Assembly: GCA_963706955.1 (NCBI GenBank)
Contig: CAVPOC010000014.1
Span: forward strand, 34,282-98,281
From: an uncultured Verrucomicrobiae bacterium
GTDB lineage: Bacteria; Verrucomicrobiota; Verrucomicrobiia; Chthoniobacterales; Terrimicrobiaceae
Direction of reading: 5' to 3'
Length of the DNA: 64,000 nucleotides
How positions within the stretch are numbered: the stretch's first letter is position 1; the number at the start of each line of letters is the position of its first letter. The position numbers and the translations under genes were made by a program. The notes beneath the pieces are model-generated. The model worked only from the letters and a program-made list of their open reading frames with translations. It had not been told where the DNA came from and did not search any database. Positions 1-10,590 of this stretch are shown piece by piece.

Positions 1-224
1 TTCGTTTCCCGAAAATAAAGCGCCGGCTCGAAACCAACCACCTCTCCGGCTATTTTGCACGGATAGTCACTGGCATCGAAGGCCGAAAATCGGCGGATGC
101 CACTGACACCATTCACGGTATTGCGCCAAAATTCTGAGACGCTTAGCCCGTTAGGAGCTACGATGCCGATGCCGGTAATCACCACTCGGCGCTGCGCCGT
201 GTTCTGTGCGATACTCGATGACAT
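1..224 (-). CDS. fabF: beta-ketoacyl-ACP synthase II, N-terminal part (runs off window)
   Basis: Manual translation from ATG at 224: MSSSIAQNTAQRRVVITGIGIVAPNGLSVSEFWRNTVNGVSGIRRFSAFDASDYPCKIAGEV, the typical FabF/KAS N-terminus. Confidence 0.85.
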   Translation of the reverse strand, partial: MSSSIAQNTAQRRVVITGIGIVAPNGLSVSEFWRNTVNGVSGIRRFSAFDASDYPCKIAGEVVGFEPALYFRET

Positions 225-435
225 GGAGTTGTAAGGAGTTTTTACATCTTATGCCGGAATTCGAGGCGACCGCTAGCAAATCGCCGTCCCAGCGGTTAGT
301 GACCGCTAAACAGCTCACGCATTTTCATCTTGATAGCTCGGCCTGGCACGGCTTTTCACTGAACAAGTCAAAACGGCGGGTCGGACATTGAACGGGCTTC
401 GCTCGTCACTTTCCTGAGCAAGTGTGTGTGTCCAG

Positions 436-645
436 CTATTCAACAGCGATCATGACACTCGAGGCCTTGATAATGGCGAAAGCATCGCGACCCACGGCAA
501 GCTCGAGAGACTGAACCGAGGTCCTGGTAATAATCGCGACAACTTCTACTTTCGGTGCAACTTCAAGGGTTACCTCACAGTTCACTGCCCCATCGACAAT
601 CTTCGTGATCCGTCCCTTCAGCATGTTCCGTGCGCTAAGCTTCAT
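436..645 (-). CDS. Molybdate-binding Mop/TOBE (molbindin) protein
   Basis: 69 aa, MKLSARN-LKG...ITRTSVQSLEL..G...AIIKASSVMI Mop signature. Confidence 0.92.
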   Translation of the reverse strand: MKLSARNMLKGRITKIVDGAVNCEVTLEVAPKVEVVAIITRTSVQSLELAVGRDAFAIIKASSVMIAVE

Positions 646-766
646 TCAATGGTTCAATCAGAAAGCCGCGCGCCAGACAACCGTTCGTAACCGCGATCTG
701 CCAGCCCGATGGCGGACGATGCTTGCGGGGTAAGGCGCACTTTCTTGCGCCAAGGCAGGTGTGGGC

Positions 767-1198
767 TCAACGCCTCCACGAACCCGAGCGACCACCGGCG
801 CCGTGCCACGAGCCCGATCCGCCGCCCCAGTTCGCCGAGCCTCCCCGATATCCGCTGATGTGACCCGAGCCATGATCCCACGAAGCCGTGCTGCCGCGCC
901 AACCGGTTGCGCTTCCGGACCCATCATTCCAGTGGGCGGAGCCGCCTCGCGCACCGTAGGCGCTCCCTGAACCGTCATGCCAATAGGCAGAGCCCCCATA
1001 CCGATTTCGGTAGTAGCCGGTATTCCCATAGTAGGCGCCGTGATAGAATCCTGCGCCGCCGTAGTAGCCACCCCAATAGGGACTATACGCGGGCCCCGGG
1101 TCTGACGTAACCACGTACCCTCCAGTGCAGCCAGTTTGCGAAACTGAAAACATGACCGCGAGCGTCGCTACCGCGCTGAGTGATAAAATTTTTTTCAT
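767..1198 (-). CDS. Gly/Tyr/Trp-rich putative lipoprotein
   Basis: Signal peptide with ..QTGC, followed by repeated GGSAxWxxGSG motifs. Confidence 0.7.
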   Translation of the reverse strand: MKKILSLSAVATLAVMFSVSQTGCTGGYVVTSDPGPAYSPYWGGYYGGAGFYHGAYYGNTGYYRNRYGGSAYWHDGSGSAYGARGGSAHWNDGSGSATGWRGSTASWDHGSGHISGYRGGSANWGGGSGSWHGAGGRSGSWRR

Positions 1199-1217
1199 CG
1201 AAGTCTGATTGTTCCTG

Positions 1218-2000
1218 TCAGCGAGACCGCGGCTGGATCACGGCGACGAATGGGATTTCCCGTCCTCCAGCTGGTTTGGAAAAGACAAAGTCACGAGCGT
1301 TCAGCCATGGATGAAGGTTCCACCGCGTGAATTCGACCAAGGTCCGTGGAAAATTCGCTCGATCGGTGAAAGTCACCGCCAGGCGCCAAGGCAGAGCGCG
1401 CTTTCCCGCCTCGATCCAAATTTCCCAATTCACGCCAGGCGATCGAAACGCCAAATGATAACAGGCAATTCGATTGACGCTGGCACTCCCGACCACAACG
1501 CCACTGATCAACCTTCGTGTCAGCACTTCGTAGGGATCGCTGAAAAGCAACGGTGCCGAAACAAATCGAATGCCGGTTTCCTGCTGCAATTCAGGGAGCA
1601 TCGCGTCGACGGTCGCCGGAGCTTTTGTCGTTGAATAGACCTTGTCTTTCGGAGCGAACGCAGAGGCGGTGGTCCCGTCAAAATAGAAGTCGAAATGAGG
1701 CGCCTCTCCCCTGAGTCGTGCGCGAAGCTTGTCGGGCCTCTTGAGAGATACCTCCGCCGAAGACAACAGGGTGATGAACTGCCCGGTCCTGATTGGAACT
1801 TCCATGACAATTCTCGAATGAAAGGTAAAAGCTTTGGCTGCGCCAAGAGTCGTGCTCATGCGCTTGAGAATTTCAAGCGCCTGGGGATCAATGCGTCCCA
1901 AGCTGCTACGGGAGGATTCCTCCGTGCGGCTTTCGGACAATGCCGGCGTGATCAGCCAGCAGACAAGTAGGGATATAGTAAGATATTGGACCAGTTTCAT
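1218..2000 (-). CDS. DUF2092-family periplasmic protein
   Basis: Signal peptide from ATG 2000; IDPQALEILKRMS...RPDKLRA...FYFDG...HLAFRSPGVNWEIWI motifs. Confidence 0.8.
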   Translation of the reverse strand: MKLVQYLTISLLVCWLITPALSESRTEESSRSSLGRIDPQALEILKRMSTTLGAAKAFTFHSRIVMEVPIRTGQFITLLSSAEVSLKRPDKLRARLRGEAPHFDFYFDGTTASAFAPKDKVYSTTKAPATVDAMLPELQQETGIRFVSAPLLFSDPYEVLTRRLISGVVVGSASVNRIACYHLAFRSPGVNWEIWIEAGKRALPWRLAVTFTDRANFPRTLVEFTRWNLHPWLNARDFVFSKPAGGREIPFVAVIQPRSR

Positions 2001-2328
2001 CGCTGAGAAGGTTCCTAGCGCCAGAGAACCGCCCAAATCTTTAGCAAGACCCGTCAAATCAAGCAAGATGATATGGCGCTAGACACACGAGCGCGGATTT
2101 TGAGACAAGACTGCGCCGAGACTTGATGGTTGAATTTCTCCTGGCGCACTTTCAAGATCTGCCGATGTCCTCTTACGGATCTTGCGCTTCGCCTGTCGGG
2201 GGAGGTAACGCCTCACGATATCTTCCAGATGAGCTCGCTGCGCCCGTTCGGTGGATGGTAGGGCCCGCCCCAATGGTCGAAAACCGAGGCATCGGCGATC
2301 GCCTCGAACTCAACTGATCAAAGGAGGC

Positions 2329-4140
2329 GTGGCTGGACCGGTCTTCATCCTGGCTAGCGAAATCGAGCCGGGAGCCACTTGTTGGACGAAGGCTGAGGAG
2401 CAGGCCTCGAGCCTGGCCGCATTTGCAACTCGTCTTCTCGGGTTTGGGGCACGTGCGACGCTCGCCGTGCTACCAACGCACCGAACCGATGATCAGCATC
2501 ATCTCGTTCAGGTAATCGAGCGCGAGATTTCTAATGGCGCGTCGGAACTCATCCTTCTGCCTTTGCCTTTCGAGCTCAACATTTGGCAGCGGGCGCTCCT
2601 CGGACAGACATTGAGCGAGATTCGGCGCCTTCATCCAGCCGTTTCGATTCATCACGACGATATCAATCCAAGCCACCCCCTCCTGGTTGATTGCCTCGCC
2701 GACAAGATTTTGCAGACACTGGTTGAGCAAGGCATTCCTCCGCGGAACGCCGGGCTTTTGCTCGTAGCCAACGGACAAGGTGATCCAGGAAGCCGGGCTG
2801 ACTCCTATCGGCTGATGCGCCTGCTTTGGGAACAAACGGGCGTGGGTCTCGGCGAGGTTGGATTCGTGCGTCATGAACAGCCGTTCTTATCGGCGGCTCT
2901 GCAGCGATGCCTACGTGAACCTCTCAACTGGATTCTGCTCCCACAGTGCCAATGGGACGGCGAAATGTATCAGCATGCCAAATTAATACTCGCAGACCAC
3001 CAACGGGCGAATCCCACCGCATACCCTTCGCTTTTTGTTGAGCCGGTTGGTGATCATCCAATGATCCTTGCGTGGCTCGAGCACCGCCTTCGCGATCTCT
3101 GGCAGCAAAAGCGCGCTCGCCAGGTCGCGCGGATGCCTTCGCGGATTCGCCAAAAGCACTCCTGCTCCCCTGAGGTGTGGCACAACGGGAGCTGGGGTTC
3201 ACCGCGAGCCGCAGACTCGAAACCCTGCTCGGTCTTTCTTGCCCGGGCGCGTAGCCCGGATGCTTTGGCCGAAATCTTCTCGCGAGTTCTTCCACCTGCA
3301 GATCGCTACTTGATAAAGGTCACCTGGCATGGCTATGCCACAGGAACATACACCGACGCCCTCGCTTTGGACTTGTTGTTGCGTGCACTCCCTGGGAAGG
3401 CGATTCTGCTCGAGGGCCATACCAGTAGCCGAAACTTGGGCGGCGCGAACTGGGACTGGGAGAGTCAGGCCAAGACGCACCGCAGGTGGATCCAGCAGCA
3501 GGAGCTTGAATTCCTCAGGCGGACCGGGTTGGCCCAGGTTATTGCGCAACATGGCGCCCAGTATCTGAACATCACCGAAGCGTGGTGGGATGGCGCCTGC
3601 GCGCGGGAAGAGGAGATTCGCGCGGCGCTCGGGGACGTCACACTCCGTCATCCCGAACTCGTGGGCTTTATCCCCTCAGTGCTACTCGCCCATCGCGGAA
3701 TTCCGTTTCTCAGCTTCGCGCGCTTCAAAGGCCCAACTCGACTCGGGATCTCGAACCTTTTTGGTTTGCTTCCGCAGCCCTTGCGAAGCGCGTGGCACGG
3801 TCCGAACATCACCTACTTTGCATCGGTCTGCTGCGATCTGGCCCGCCTTTATGGATGCCTATTCCCGTTGTTCGGTCTCATCGAGGCCTTTGCCTGGGCG
3901 GTGCGTTGGGATCGCAAAGGGCTCTATCGCAGCCGGTGGGGGAATTACGATTTGGTTCCCGGCGATGGCATCTTCACGTTCAGCGAAGGGCTCGTCGGTG
4001 CCGACCTATTGGCTAGCCGGCTGCAAGGACAGGATGTGCAACGAAGCGGTTTCTACGATGTGGTGCGGGATCGCCTCGGCTGGTCGCAATTAGCCGCCGA
4101 AATCCCGCTTCCGGTTGATCTTCAAGCAAGCCTCCGGTGA
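2329..4140 (+). CDS. CbiX/SirB-like chelatase domain fused to DUF362-like domain
   Basis: AGGAGG RBS then GTG 2329; N-half GQGDPGSRADSYRLMRLLWE..VGF..P is CbiX-like; C-half LIKVTW..LEG..SFARFKG..GISNLFGLLP..WHG is DUF362-like. Confidence 0.6.
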   Translation: MAGPVFILASEIEPGATCWTKAEEQASSLAAFATRLLGFGARATLAVLPTHRTDDQHHLVQVIEREISNGASELILLPLPFELNIWQRALLGQTLSEIRRLHPAVSIHHDDINPSHPLLVDCLADKILQTLVEQGIPPRNAGLLLVANGQGDPGSRADSYRLMRLLWEQTGVGLGEVGFVRHEQPFLSAALQRCLREPLNWILLPQCQWDGEMYQHAKLILADHQRANPTAYPSLFVEPVGDHPMILAWLEHRLRDLWQQKRARQVARMPSRIRQKHSCSPEVWHNGSWGSPRAADSKPCSVFLARARSPDALAEIFSRVLPPADRYLIKVTWHGYATGTYTDALALDLLLRALPGKAILLEGHTSSRNLGGANWDWESQAKTHRRWIQQQELEFLRRTGLAQVIAQHGAQYLNITEAWWDGACAREEEIRAALGDVTLRHPELVGFIPSVLLAHRGIPFLSFARFKGPTRLGISNLFGLLPQPLRSAWHGPNITYFASVCCDLARLYGCLFPLFGLIEAFAWAVRWDRKGLYRSRWGNYDLVPGDGIFTFSEGLVGADLLASRLQGQDVQRSGFYDVVRDRLGWSQLAAEIPLPVDLQASLR

Positions 4141-4384
4141 TCACTCACGCTTCCCGCTCGTTTGCAGAAGCAGCAGCAATACGAAAGGAGCGCCAACTCA
4201 TAGTGACTTTAACGTTATATTCGCCATGACGCCGCCGGCAAATCGGACGAACATGGCTGAGCAATCGTCTCGATTTCCACGCCCACCAACAACGTGAAAG
4301 CAAGGCGGTCGTGAGCGCGAAACCTCCTCATACCCGAGCGCGGATGCCGTTGCAGGCATTCCGGCACCGCTCCTCCGCTCCAGG

Positions 4385-5596
4385 CTATTGCGATTTCTGC
4401 GCCAGTATCCGGATAATGCAAAGCTGCAAGACAATCATCACGGCAACACCCAGCAATGGCACGAAGATCCCCACGCGCAGATCTCCAAATCCTTGCGAAA
4501 CAAATCCGACCAGCCACGGAAGCAGCGCTCCGCCGAGAGCGCCAATCACGAAAAAGGAACCGGTCATTTGGGACGCACCGTCCGCGAAAAAGCGAGCGAA
4601 GATCGCGAATGTCGTCGGGAAGACCGAGGCGAGTCCCAAGCCAGTCAAACCGCCGCCACATGTGACGCTGACGAGGTCATTACTCACGAGGATGAGGAGC
4701 AGACCAAGGCCCGCCAGAAGTAAGCCGAGCAAGATGAGAGCCGCATCGTTGACGCGAGTCAAGATCCCGGCTGCGGCGGCTCTTCCTATCAGCAATCCCG
4801 CCCAGAATGCTGATGGCGTCAGCGTCTCGAACCCGTTTGTGGACTCGCCAAGACGTAGGGCATAGGTGGCAATCCATCCACTGATGGCCGTCTCCGTTCC
4901 CACGTAAATGAAAATCAGCATGCCGGTGAAGAGCGCGTACGGACTCAACCAGCCGCGCAGAACAGATGCTTCAAAGCGCGCGCGATCATTTTCGCCCTGC
5001 ACTAGATGATTTTGTCCAACGGCGGAATTGCTAACAATCAGTTGCGCGGTCAGGAAGGCCACCGCCCCAAGCAGCACGGCCAAGCCAACCAACGCCTGAG
5101 CCAGTTGCCCGTCCCGACCGAGAAATGCAATCGTCGGCGGGCCCGCGACGGCGCCGAGCGCCCAGGCGAAGTTCAAGATATTCACCGCCGCGGCCGGACG
5201 CTCCGGATTCATCTTCGCAATGAGGAGATTGGTCGCCGGAGCGGTCAAGCCAAGCGCCAAACCCGCAACGGAAACTGATAGTAAACCGATCAACCAGGAA
5301 TTGATGCCAAGACAAACAACTGCCCCCGCCGTCGCGGCATACCCGCAAACCATGAGGCGCAGTAGGCCGGCTCGAACGATCACCCAGCTCGACAGAGCGC
5401 AGCCAATGATTGCCCCGGTAAACTGAGCCATGAAAAATAACCCAAGCTCTCCATCATCGAGAGACCACTTGGTCGCCAACATCGGCAGGATCGGTCCAAG
5501 TAAAGTCGTTACAACGCCAATCAAGAGAAAGCCGACGTGCAAGACGACCACAAGCTCTCTCGCCCGGGGCCACGACGAAACCGTGGAGTCTCCCAT
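4385..5596 (-). CDS. MFS transporter (FucP/TsgA-like)
   Basis: 403 aa, about 12 hydrophobic segments, LGPILP and FIYVGTE..ISGW motifs. Confidence 0.85.
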   Translation of the reverse strand: MGDSTVSSWPRARELVVVLHVGFLLIGVVTTLLGPILPMLATKWSLDDGELGLFFMAQFTGAIIGCALSSWVIVRAGLLRLMVCGYAATAGAVVCLGINSWLIGLLSVSVAGLALGLTAPATNLLIAKMNPERPAAAVNILNFAWALGAVAGPPTIAFLGRDGQLAQALVGLAVLLGAVAFLTAQLIVSNSAVGQNHLVQGENDRARFEASVLRGWLSPYALFTGMLIFIYVGTETAISGWIATYALRLGESTNGFETLTPSAFWAGLLIGRAAAAGILTRVNDAALILLGLLLAGLGLLLILVSNDLVSVTCGGGLTGLGLASVFPTTFAIFARFFADGASQMTGSFFVIGALGGALLPWLVGFVSQGFGDLRVGIFVPLLGVAVMIVLQLCIIRILAQKSQ

Positions 5597-5822
5597 TTAA
5601 ATTAGATGGTGCTCACCCATTGGGTCTTCGCAATCGCTGCAGCATGCAGGAAAGTCAACTCAGGCGGCGCGGATATCCTGCGAAAACCGGTGGCGAGGAT
5701 CTATTGCCGGGCCTCCGCATGCAAAGCGACCGGGCCGCTCCGAGGTCATCGCGGTCTGGCCGACGATCGATAGCAGCAGGGTGGCGTCGACGCGCTTCCT
5801 AAGTGATCGCAGCCGGTCAATT

Positions 5823-6674
5823 CTAGGAGGAGACGACCTGCACAGAAACTTCCATCCGGTGGAAAGCATCATGCGGGCCGTCCCATGTGCCCGAGAGGGG
5901 GGAGGCCTTGACATGCTCGGCTGACACAGCGACGGAGACATGCTCGAAACCGACCAGCTTGTTGTTGGTCGGGTCGAAACCTCGCCACCCGGATCCAGGC
6001 AGGTAAATCTCCGTCCAGGCATGGGTGGCGCCGTGCTGCCCCTCGCCCATCTGAATATATCCGGTCACAAATCGCGCGCCAAAGCCCAAATGTCTGGCAG
6101 CTTCCATCATCAGCACAGCATAGTCACGACAGGATCCACTTCTCGATGCGAGCGTCTGGCAAGGAAGCTGGACGCCCGCTTCTTCGCGACGCGCGTATTG
6201 GCACGAATCGTAAATGCGCGTATTTAACTTGTTCAAAAGCTCGAACGTGCCGATCAGCTGGCCAGGTCGATACAGCTCCAAAAGCCAGCTTTGCAACGCC
6301 GGACCATCATAAGGATAACTAGGAAGGCGATAGAGAACAAGTTCGACCTGTTCCGTTGACGGGTATTGAAAGGGGTACTGCGAGGCGCTCGGCTCAATAT
6401 CAAAATTGAGCGGATTGTCGTCGTAATGATCGACGTTCACCTCGCTAAAAACCCTTAGCTTTTGGCTTTGCTGAGCGAAGTTGAAAATGGCGATGGAATT
6501 CCCGTAAATATCGCGCAACCACCGTATGTCAGCCTTGGGCTCCACTTCGAGAACCGCGCTGTCGATATGCACATCGTGGCCTTCGCGTGGACGTAGCAAG
6601 GCGCGGTGCGGCCCGAAGGCGACCGGCGTGTGGTAGTGATACTCGGTGTTGTGGACAATACGTATGCGCTTCAT
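5823..6674 (-). CDS. Transglutaminase-like family protein
   Basis: IVHNTEYHY..LRPR N-terminal domain; GSCRDYA, ARFVTGY, HAWTEIYLPG.GW.GFDPTN catalytic motifs. Confidence 0.92.
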   Translation of the reverse strand: MKRIRIVHNTEYHYHTPVAFGPHRALLRPREGHDVHIDSAVLEVEPKADIRWLRDIYGNSIAIFNFAQQSQKLRVFSEVNVDHYDDNPLNFDIEPSASQYPFQYPSTEQVELVLYRLPSYPYDGPALQSWLLELYRPGQLIGTFELLNKLNTRIYDSCQYARREEAGVQLPCQTLASRSGSCRDYAVLMMEAARHLGFGARFVTGYIQMGEGQHGATHAWTEIYLPGSGWRGFDPTNNKLVGFEHVSVAVSAEHVKASPLSGTWDGPHDAFHRMEVSVQVVSS

Positions 6675-7098
6675 TAGGTCTCCTAAACTGAGATGACGCA
6701 GTTAACCCGTGTCATCAAGCCCATTCGGGCTGAGATGCTGGAAATCGCGACAGTTCGGCGGTTTGCTCAGGTCAACTGGGTGGAGGGCGAGGGCGACGCG
6801 CTGGTTTCCAGAAGAATGGGACTGCTCTCCATCGGAAATAGTCGACGAATAATTCCGGCGGGAACAGAAGCGAAGAGAAACGACCTTGACTTTATCCGCA
6901 ACGTCCAGATTTTCAGCCGGGTGGCCGCACGATTTTATTCCGCTAAGCAGGTCGTATCTAACTTACGGTCGACCCTCAGGATCCCGAAATCATGCATGAG
7001 AGCCGCGAATCCATCACTGCTCACGCGACTCCGACGGAGGGCCTAACGCGCGCGTTACTTGAAGCCATGAACATCCCGGCCTGGAATCTGCACAGCGA

Positions 7099-8151
7099 GT
7101 GTTAACCTCAAGGCAGACACCGATTCCAGCCTTGGTGCGCGTCAAGCCGGGAGCATTGGAGCGAGTGGGAATCTACGCGGAGCGCTCTGGCTTTAAGCGC
7201 GTGCTCCTGCTCTTCAGCGATGGTCTTGATCTCGAGCTCATGGAGCGCTTGAGAACCTCGCTCCTCTCACGAGAGGTCCACGTGCTCCAGGAGTTGCCGA
7301 TAAGCTCGATTGGTTTCGAACAAGCAACAGAAACGTTTCAGCAGTCGCCGCCGAATGCAGACGCAGTTATCGGGTTCGGTGGCGGCAAGGCGCTGGATGT
7401 CGCCAAGTACATCGCCTATCTGTCCCGAATTCCTTACTTTTCGGTCCCGACGTCGCTTTCGAACGATGGCTTTTGCAGTCCGCAATCGAGTCTCACGATA
7501 GCGAATCAGCGCCGGCCAGTTCCTTCGGGAATGCCGTTCGGCGTCGTGATCGATACCGCCGTTTGTTTGCACGCGCCCGAGCTTCTCTGGCACTCTGGTG
7601 TGGGAGATCTTGTCTCCAAGTTCACCGCAGTGACCGACTGGAAGCTGGCTTTTCATGCTGTTTCCGAAAACGTGGACGATTTTGCCGCCCTTCTTTCGGA
7701 TGCAAGCGTCTACCAGTTTCTGGCCCGACCAACCCGGGACTTGGAAGGAATGCGATTGCTCGGCATGGCCCTGCTCTTGAATGGCATTTCGATGTCGATC
7801 TGCGGTTCTTCCCGTCCGGCCAGCGGCAGCGAACATCTCATTTCGCATGCTCTCGATAGTCTCAGCAAGCGCCCGCGGCTTCATGGCCTTCAAGTTGGTG
7901 TAGCGACATATCTGGTCAGCCACCTCCAACGCCAGAACTCCCGCCGTATCGCCGATCTCTTCACAACAACCGGGTTTTGGCAGGTCATCGCGAACGATCC
8001 CTTTAATCGCGCCGAATGGCTCGACGCCGTCCGGATGGCCCCCTCAATTAAATCGGACTTCTACACCGTCCTTTCCTCACGTGACTGTCTCCCCGAAGTT
8101 GCAACCGCGCTTCACTCCGATCCTCTCCTCAGACCGTGCTTCCTGGATTGA
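7099..8151 (+). CDS. Glycerol-1-phosphate dehydrogenase-like (AraM/EgsA family) dehydrogenase
   Basis: GGGKALDVAK, VPTSLSNDGFCSP, SRPASGSEHLISHALD, HGLQVGV motifs. Confidence 0.85.
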   Translation: MLTSRQTPIPALVRVKPGALERVGIYAERSGFKRVLLLFSDGLDLELMERLRTSLLSREVHVLQELPISSIGFEQATETFQQSPPNADAVIGFGGGKALDVAKYIAYLSRIPYFSVPTSLSNDGFCSPQSSLTIANQRRPVPSGMPFGVVIDTAVCLHAPELLWHSGVGDLVSKFTAVTDWKLAFHAVSENVDDFAALLSDASVYQFLARPTRDLEGMRLLGMALLLNGISMSICGSSRPASGSEHLISHALDSLSKRPRLHGLQVGVATYLVSHLQRQNSRRIADLFTTTGFWQVIANDPFNRAEWLDAVRMAPSIKSDFYTVLSSRDCLPEVATALHSDPLLRPCFLD

Positions 8152-8346
8152 GCGTTTCCTACGCCCTGTCGTCGCCCTCTGGCAATGCGCGAAGGTCAAC
8201 GTCACTTTACACGTCCCATCGACACTGAATGTCTCATCCCCGAGCAATTCGCTGAGAAGCGAGCCCGTAGAATCTCAGCTAACCCGGACAAATAAGACAA
8301 TCCAGTTACTTACAGTCGAATCTTCGCTAAGACAACGTGTAGGATT

Positions 8347-8910
8347 CTAAGCGGTTCTGGACTTTGGCGCCGCCAGGCCAAGCATAAGGAGGGACATTCC
8401 GTTAAACAGCAAATTGATCCCGAAGAAAAGTCCCAGCACCCAGGCTGAATCGGACGGCCATCTCGAGTAGACCATGATCCCGAGAATAAGCGCCGCAATC
8501 CCATTGATCAGAGTCCAGCTCCAGCCACTGTGCTTGCGCAGGCGGAAAGCTCCTCCGATAAGGAAGATCCCCTCCACAATTAAGAAGACCGCAAAGATCA
8601 GGGTGATGACGGCGATACTCGAAGCAACGCACACTAATAGGGTCAGACCCGCTGCGATGCGGATAAGCGCAAAGAGAGCTTCAAGGGCGCGGTGAGTAAC
8701 CTCCTTTCCGAAAAGTGCCAGGAACAGAGCAATAGCGCCGCTGACCAAGGCAAATGCGCCAAGAAATTGGGCGATTACCACCGAAAAGAAGAGAGGAGAA
8801 CTCATCGCCATGAGTCCTACGATAATAGAAAGAACGCCACCAGTGATCAGCCAACCGCGACTCATCGACAGGGCCTCGCGTGCGGTCGTAGGAGTAACAT
8901 TTGTCGTCAT
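8347..8910 (-). CDS. HdeD/DUF308 family membrane protein
   Basis: Six TM-like segments, GWSWTLINGI..WPSDSAWVLGLFFGINLLFNG; start taken at ATG 8910. Confidence 0.85.
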   Translation of the reverse strand: MTTNVTPTTAREALSMSRGWLITGGVLSIIVGLMAMSSPLFFSVVIAQFLGAFALVSGAIALFLALFGKEVTHRALEALFALIRIAAGLTLLVCVASSIAVITLIFAVFLIVEGIFLIGGAFRLRKHSGWSWTLINGIAALILGIMVYSRWPSDSAWVLGLFFGINLLFNGMSLLMLGLAAPKSRTA

Positions 8911-9353
8911 ACAAAAGCCCTTCAAGCGATTCGAGCCTCGAAAAGCTAGCAGTTTTTTTCTGCACGATTCGCAATGAGTCGCTAAAGTTCGCTGCCAGAG
9001 GCGCCACCCTCTCATAGGATTGGAGCCGGCCCGCGAACCGCATGCGTCCTCGACTTTGAATAAAATGGCGAGGTTTGTAATCGTAACCAACTGCCAAGGG
9101 AGCGTTCCGTCGCGTGGCGGTTTTGTTTAGCGATGGTAATTTCACGCCGCATTACACTCCGGCGCTCCCAGGGTCCAACTCGCCCTCATCACTTCGATGC
9201 TAAGAGCGGGGATAGCTCCCGCAATTAAACACTTGGATAGAACGATGCGGGAACTCATTGTCCCGGCCCGCACACTTGATTGGAGCCACCCTTACTCTCA
9301 GGAGATCAGCGAACTCGAAATCACAAAAACACCCACCCGTCAGCGAAAACCCC

Positions 9354-10547
9354 ATGCAGCTCGAAAGCTTTACGACATTCAATCTCGCAATCCTCGTCCT
9401 TGCCCTGGGCAGCTGGCTGAATAGCAGAATTGGAATCCTGCGGGACTTCAATATCCCTGAGCCTGTAACCAGCGGCCTGCTCGTTTGTGTTGTCACCGCG
9501 TTGCTGTATTGGTTTGTTGGGCTCGAAATCTCGTTTAGCCTCGCCACTCGCGACTTCCTGCTTCTCTATTTCTTCGCCTCGATCGGCTTAAACTCGGACA
9601 TCAAGACCCTTTGGGCAGGCGGTATCCCCCTCTTGATTCTTGTGGCGGTGACTATTGGATTCATGCTTCTGCAAAATCTCACGGGCATAGCCGTGGCCAC
9701 ATCCTTGGGGCTGGACGCCTTGGTCGGCTTGCTCGGAGGCTCCGTTTCGTTGCTCGGAGGCCACGGTACCAGCATCGCGTGGGCTCCGACATTTGCGGAA
9801 AAACACGGAATCCCCAACGCGACCGAGATTGGTATCGCCTGCGCGACGCTCGGCTTGGTGATCTCTTCTCTGATCGGAGGTCCGATCGCGCGGTTCCTGA
9901 TCACTCGGCATGGCTTGGAGCCAAAGGTCATCCATCAGCCGGACGTTGGCGTCACCTATGACGCGAAGATAGAGGAGATCGGATATTACAAGATGCTTAG
10001 CACGCTCTTCTGGCTCAACATGAGCCTTGCGCTCGGCAGCCTTCTGCAAACAGGGCTGCGTTATATCGGCGCTAACCTTCCTCTCTTTGTTTGCTCGCTC
10101 TTCGCGGCGATTATCCTGACGAACACGGTCCCGCAAATCTTAAAGACGCCATGGCCTGCGGGAACCCGGTCGCTGGCGCTGGTATCGGATGTTTCCCTGG
10201 GGGTATTTCTAGCAATGTCCCTAATGAGTTTGCAGCTATGGACCATCGTTGATGTCGCCGGACCCATTCTCGCGATCCTGACCGCGCAGACGATCCTCGC
10301 TGTGTTCTTTGCACTGTTTGTCATCTTTCGTGTTATGGGCCGCGACTACGAAGCGGCCGTCATCTGCTCGGGCTTCGCCGGCATTTCGCTCGGCGCGACC
10401 CCCACCGCCATGGCTAACATGACAGCCGTTGCCAAAAAGTACGGCCAGGCGCACCGCGCGTTCATTATCGTGCCGCTCGTCTCGGGGTTCTTCGTGGACA
10501 TTGCAAATGCCATCGTCATCTCCCGCTTCCTGGCTTGGTTCGGCTAG
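9354..10547 (+). CDS. gltS: Sodium/glutamate symporter
   Basis: FNIPEPV, GGHGT, GPIA, GATPTAMANMTAV, AFIIVPLV.GFFVD motifs. Confidence 0.93.
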   Translation: MQLESFTTFNLAILVLALGSWLNSRIGILRDFNIPEPVTSGLLVCVVTALLYWFVGLEISFSLATRDFLLLYFFASIGLNSDIKTLWAGGIPLLILVAVTIGFMLLQNLTGIAVATSLGLDALVGLLGGSVSLLGGHGTSIAWAPTFAEKHGIPNATEIGIACATLGLVISSLIGGPIARFLITRHGLEPKVIHQPDVGVTYDAKIEEIGYYKMLSTLFWLNMSLALGSLLQTGLRYIGANLPLFVCSLFAAIILTNTVPQILKTPWPAGTRSLALVSDVSLGVFLAMSLMSLQLWTIVDVAGPILAILTAQTILAVFFALFVIFRVMGRDYEAAVICSGFAGISLGATPTAMANMTAVAKKYGQAHRAFIIVPLVSGFFVDIANAIVISRFLAWFG

Positions 10548-10590
10548 CACCTTCAGAAAACCTCGTGCCAGTTCTTAGACCTGAGACGCC

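Noticed and set aside
646..766. ModE box upstream of the Mop gene
   Set aside because: No TATAT-N7-TATAT-like site seen
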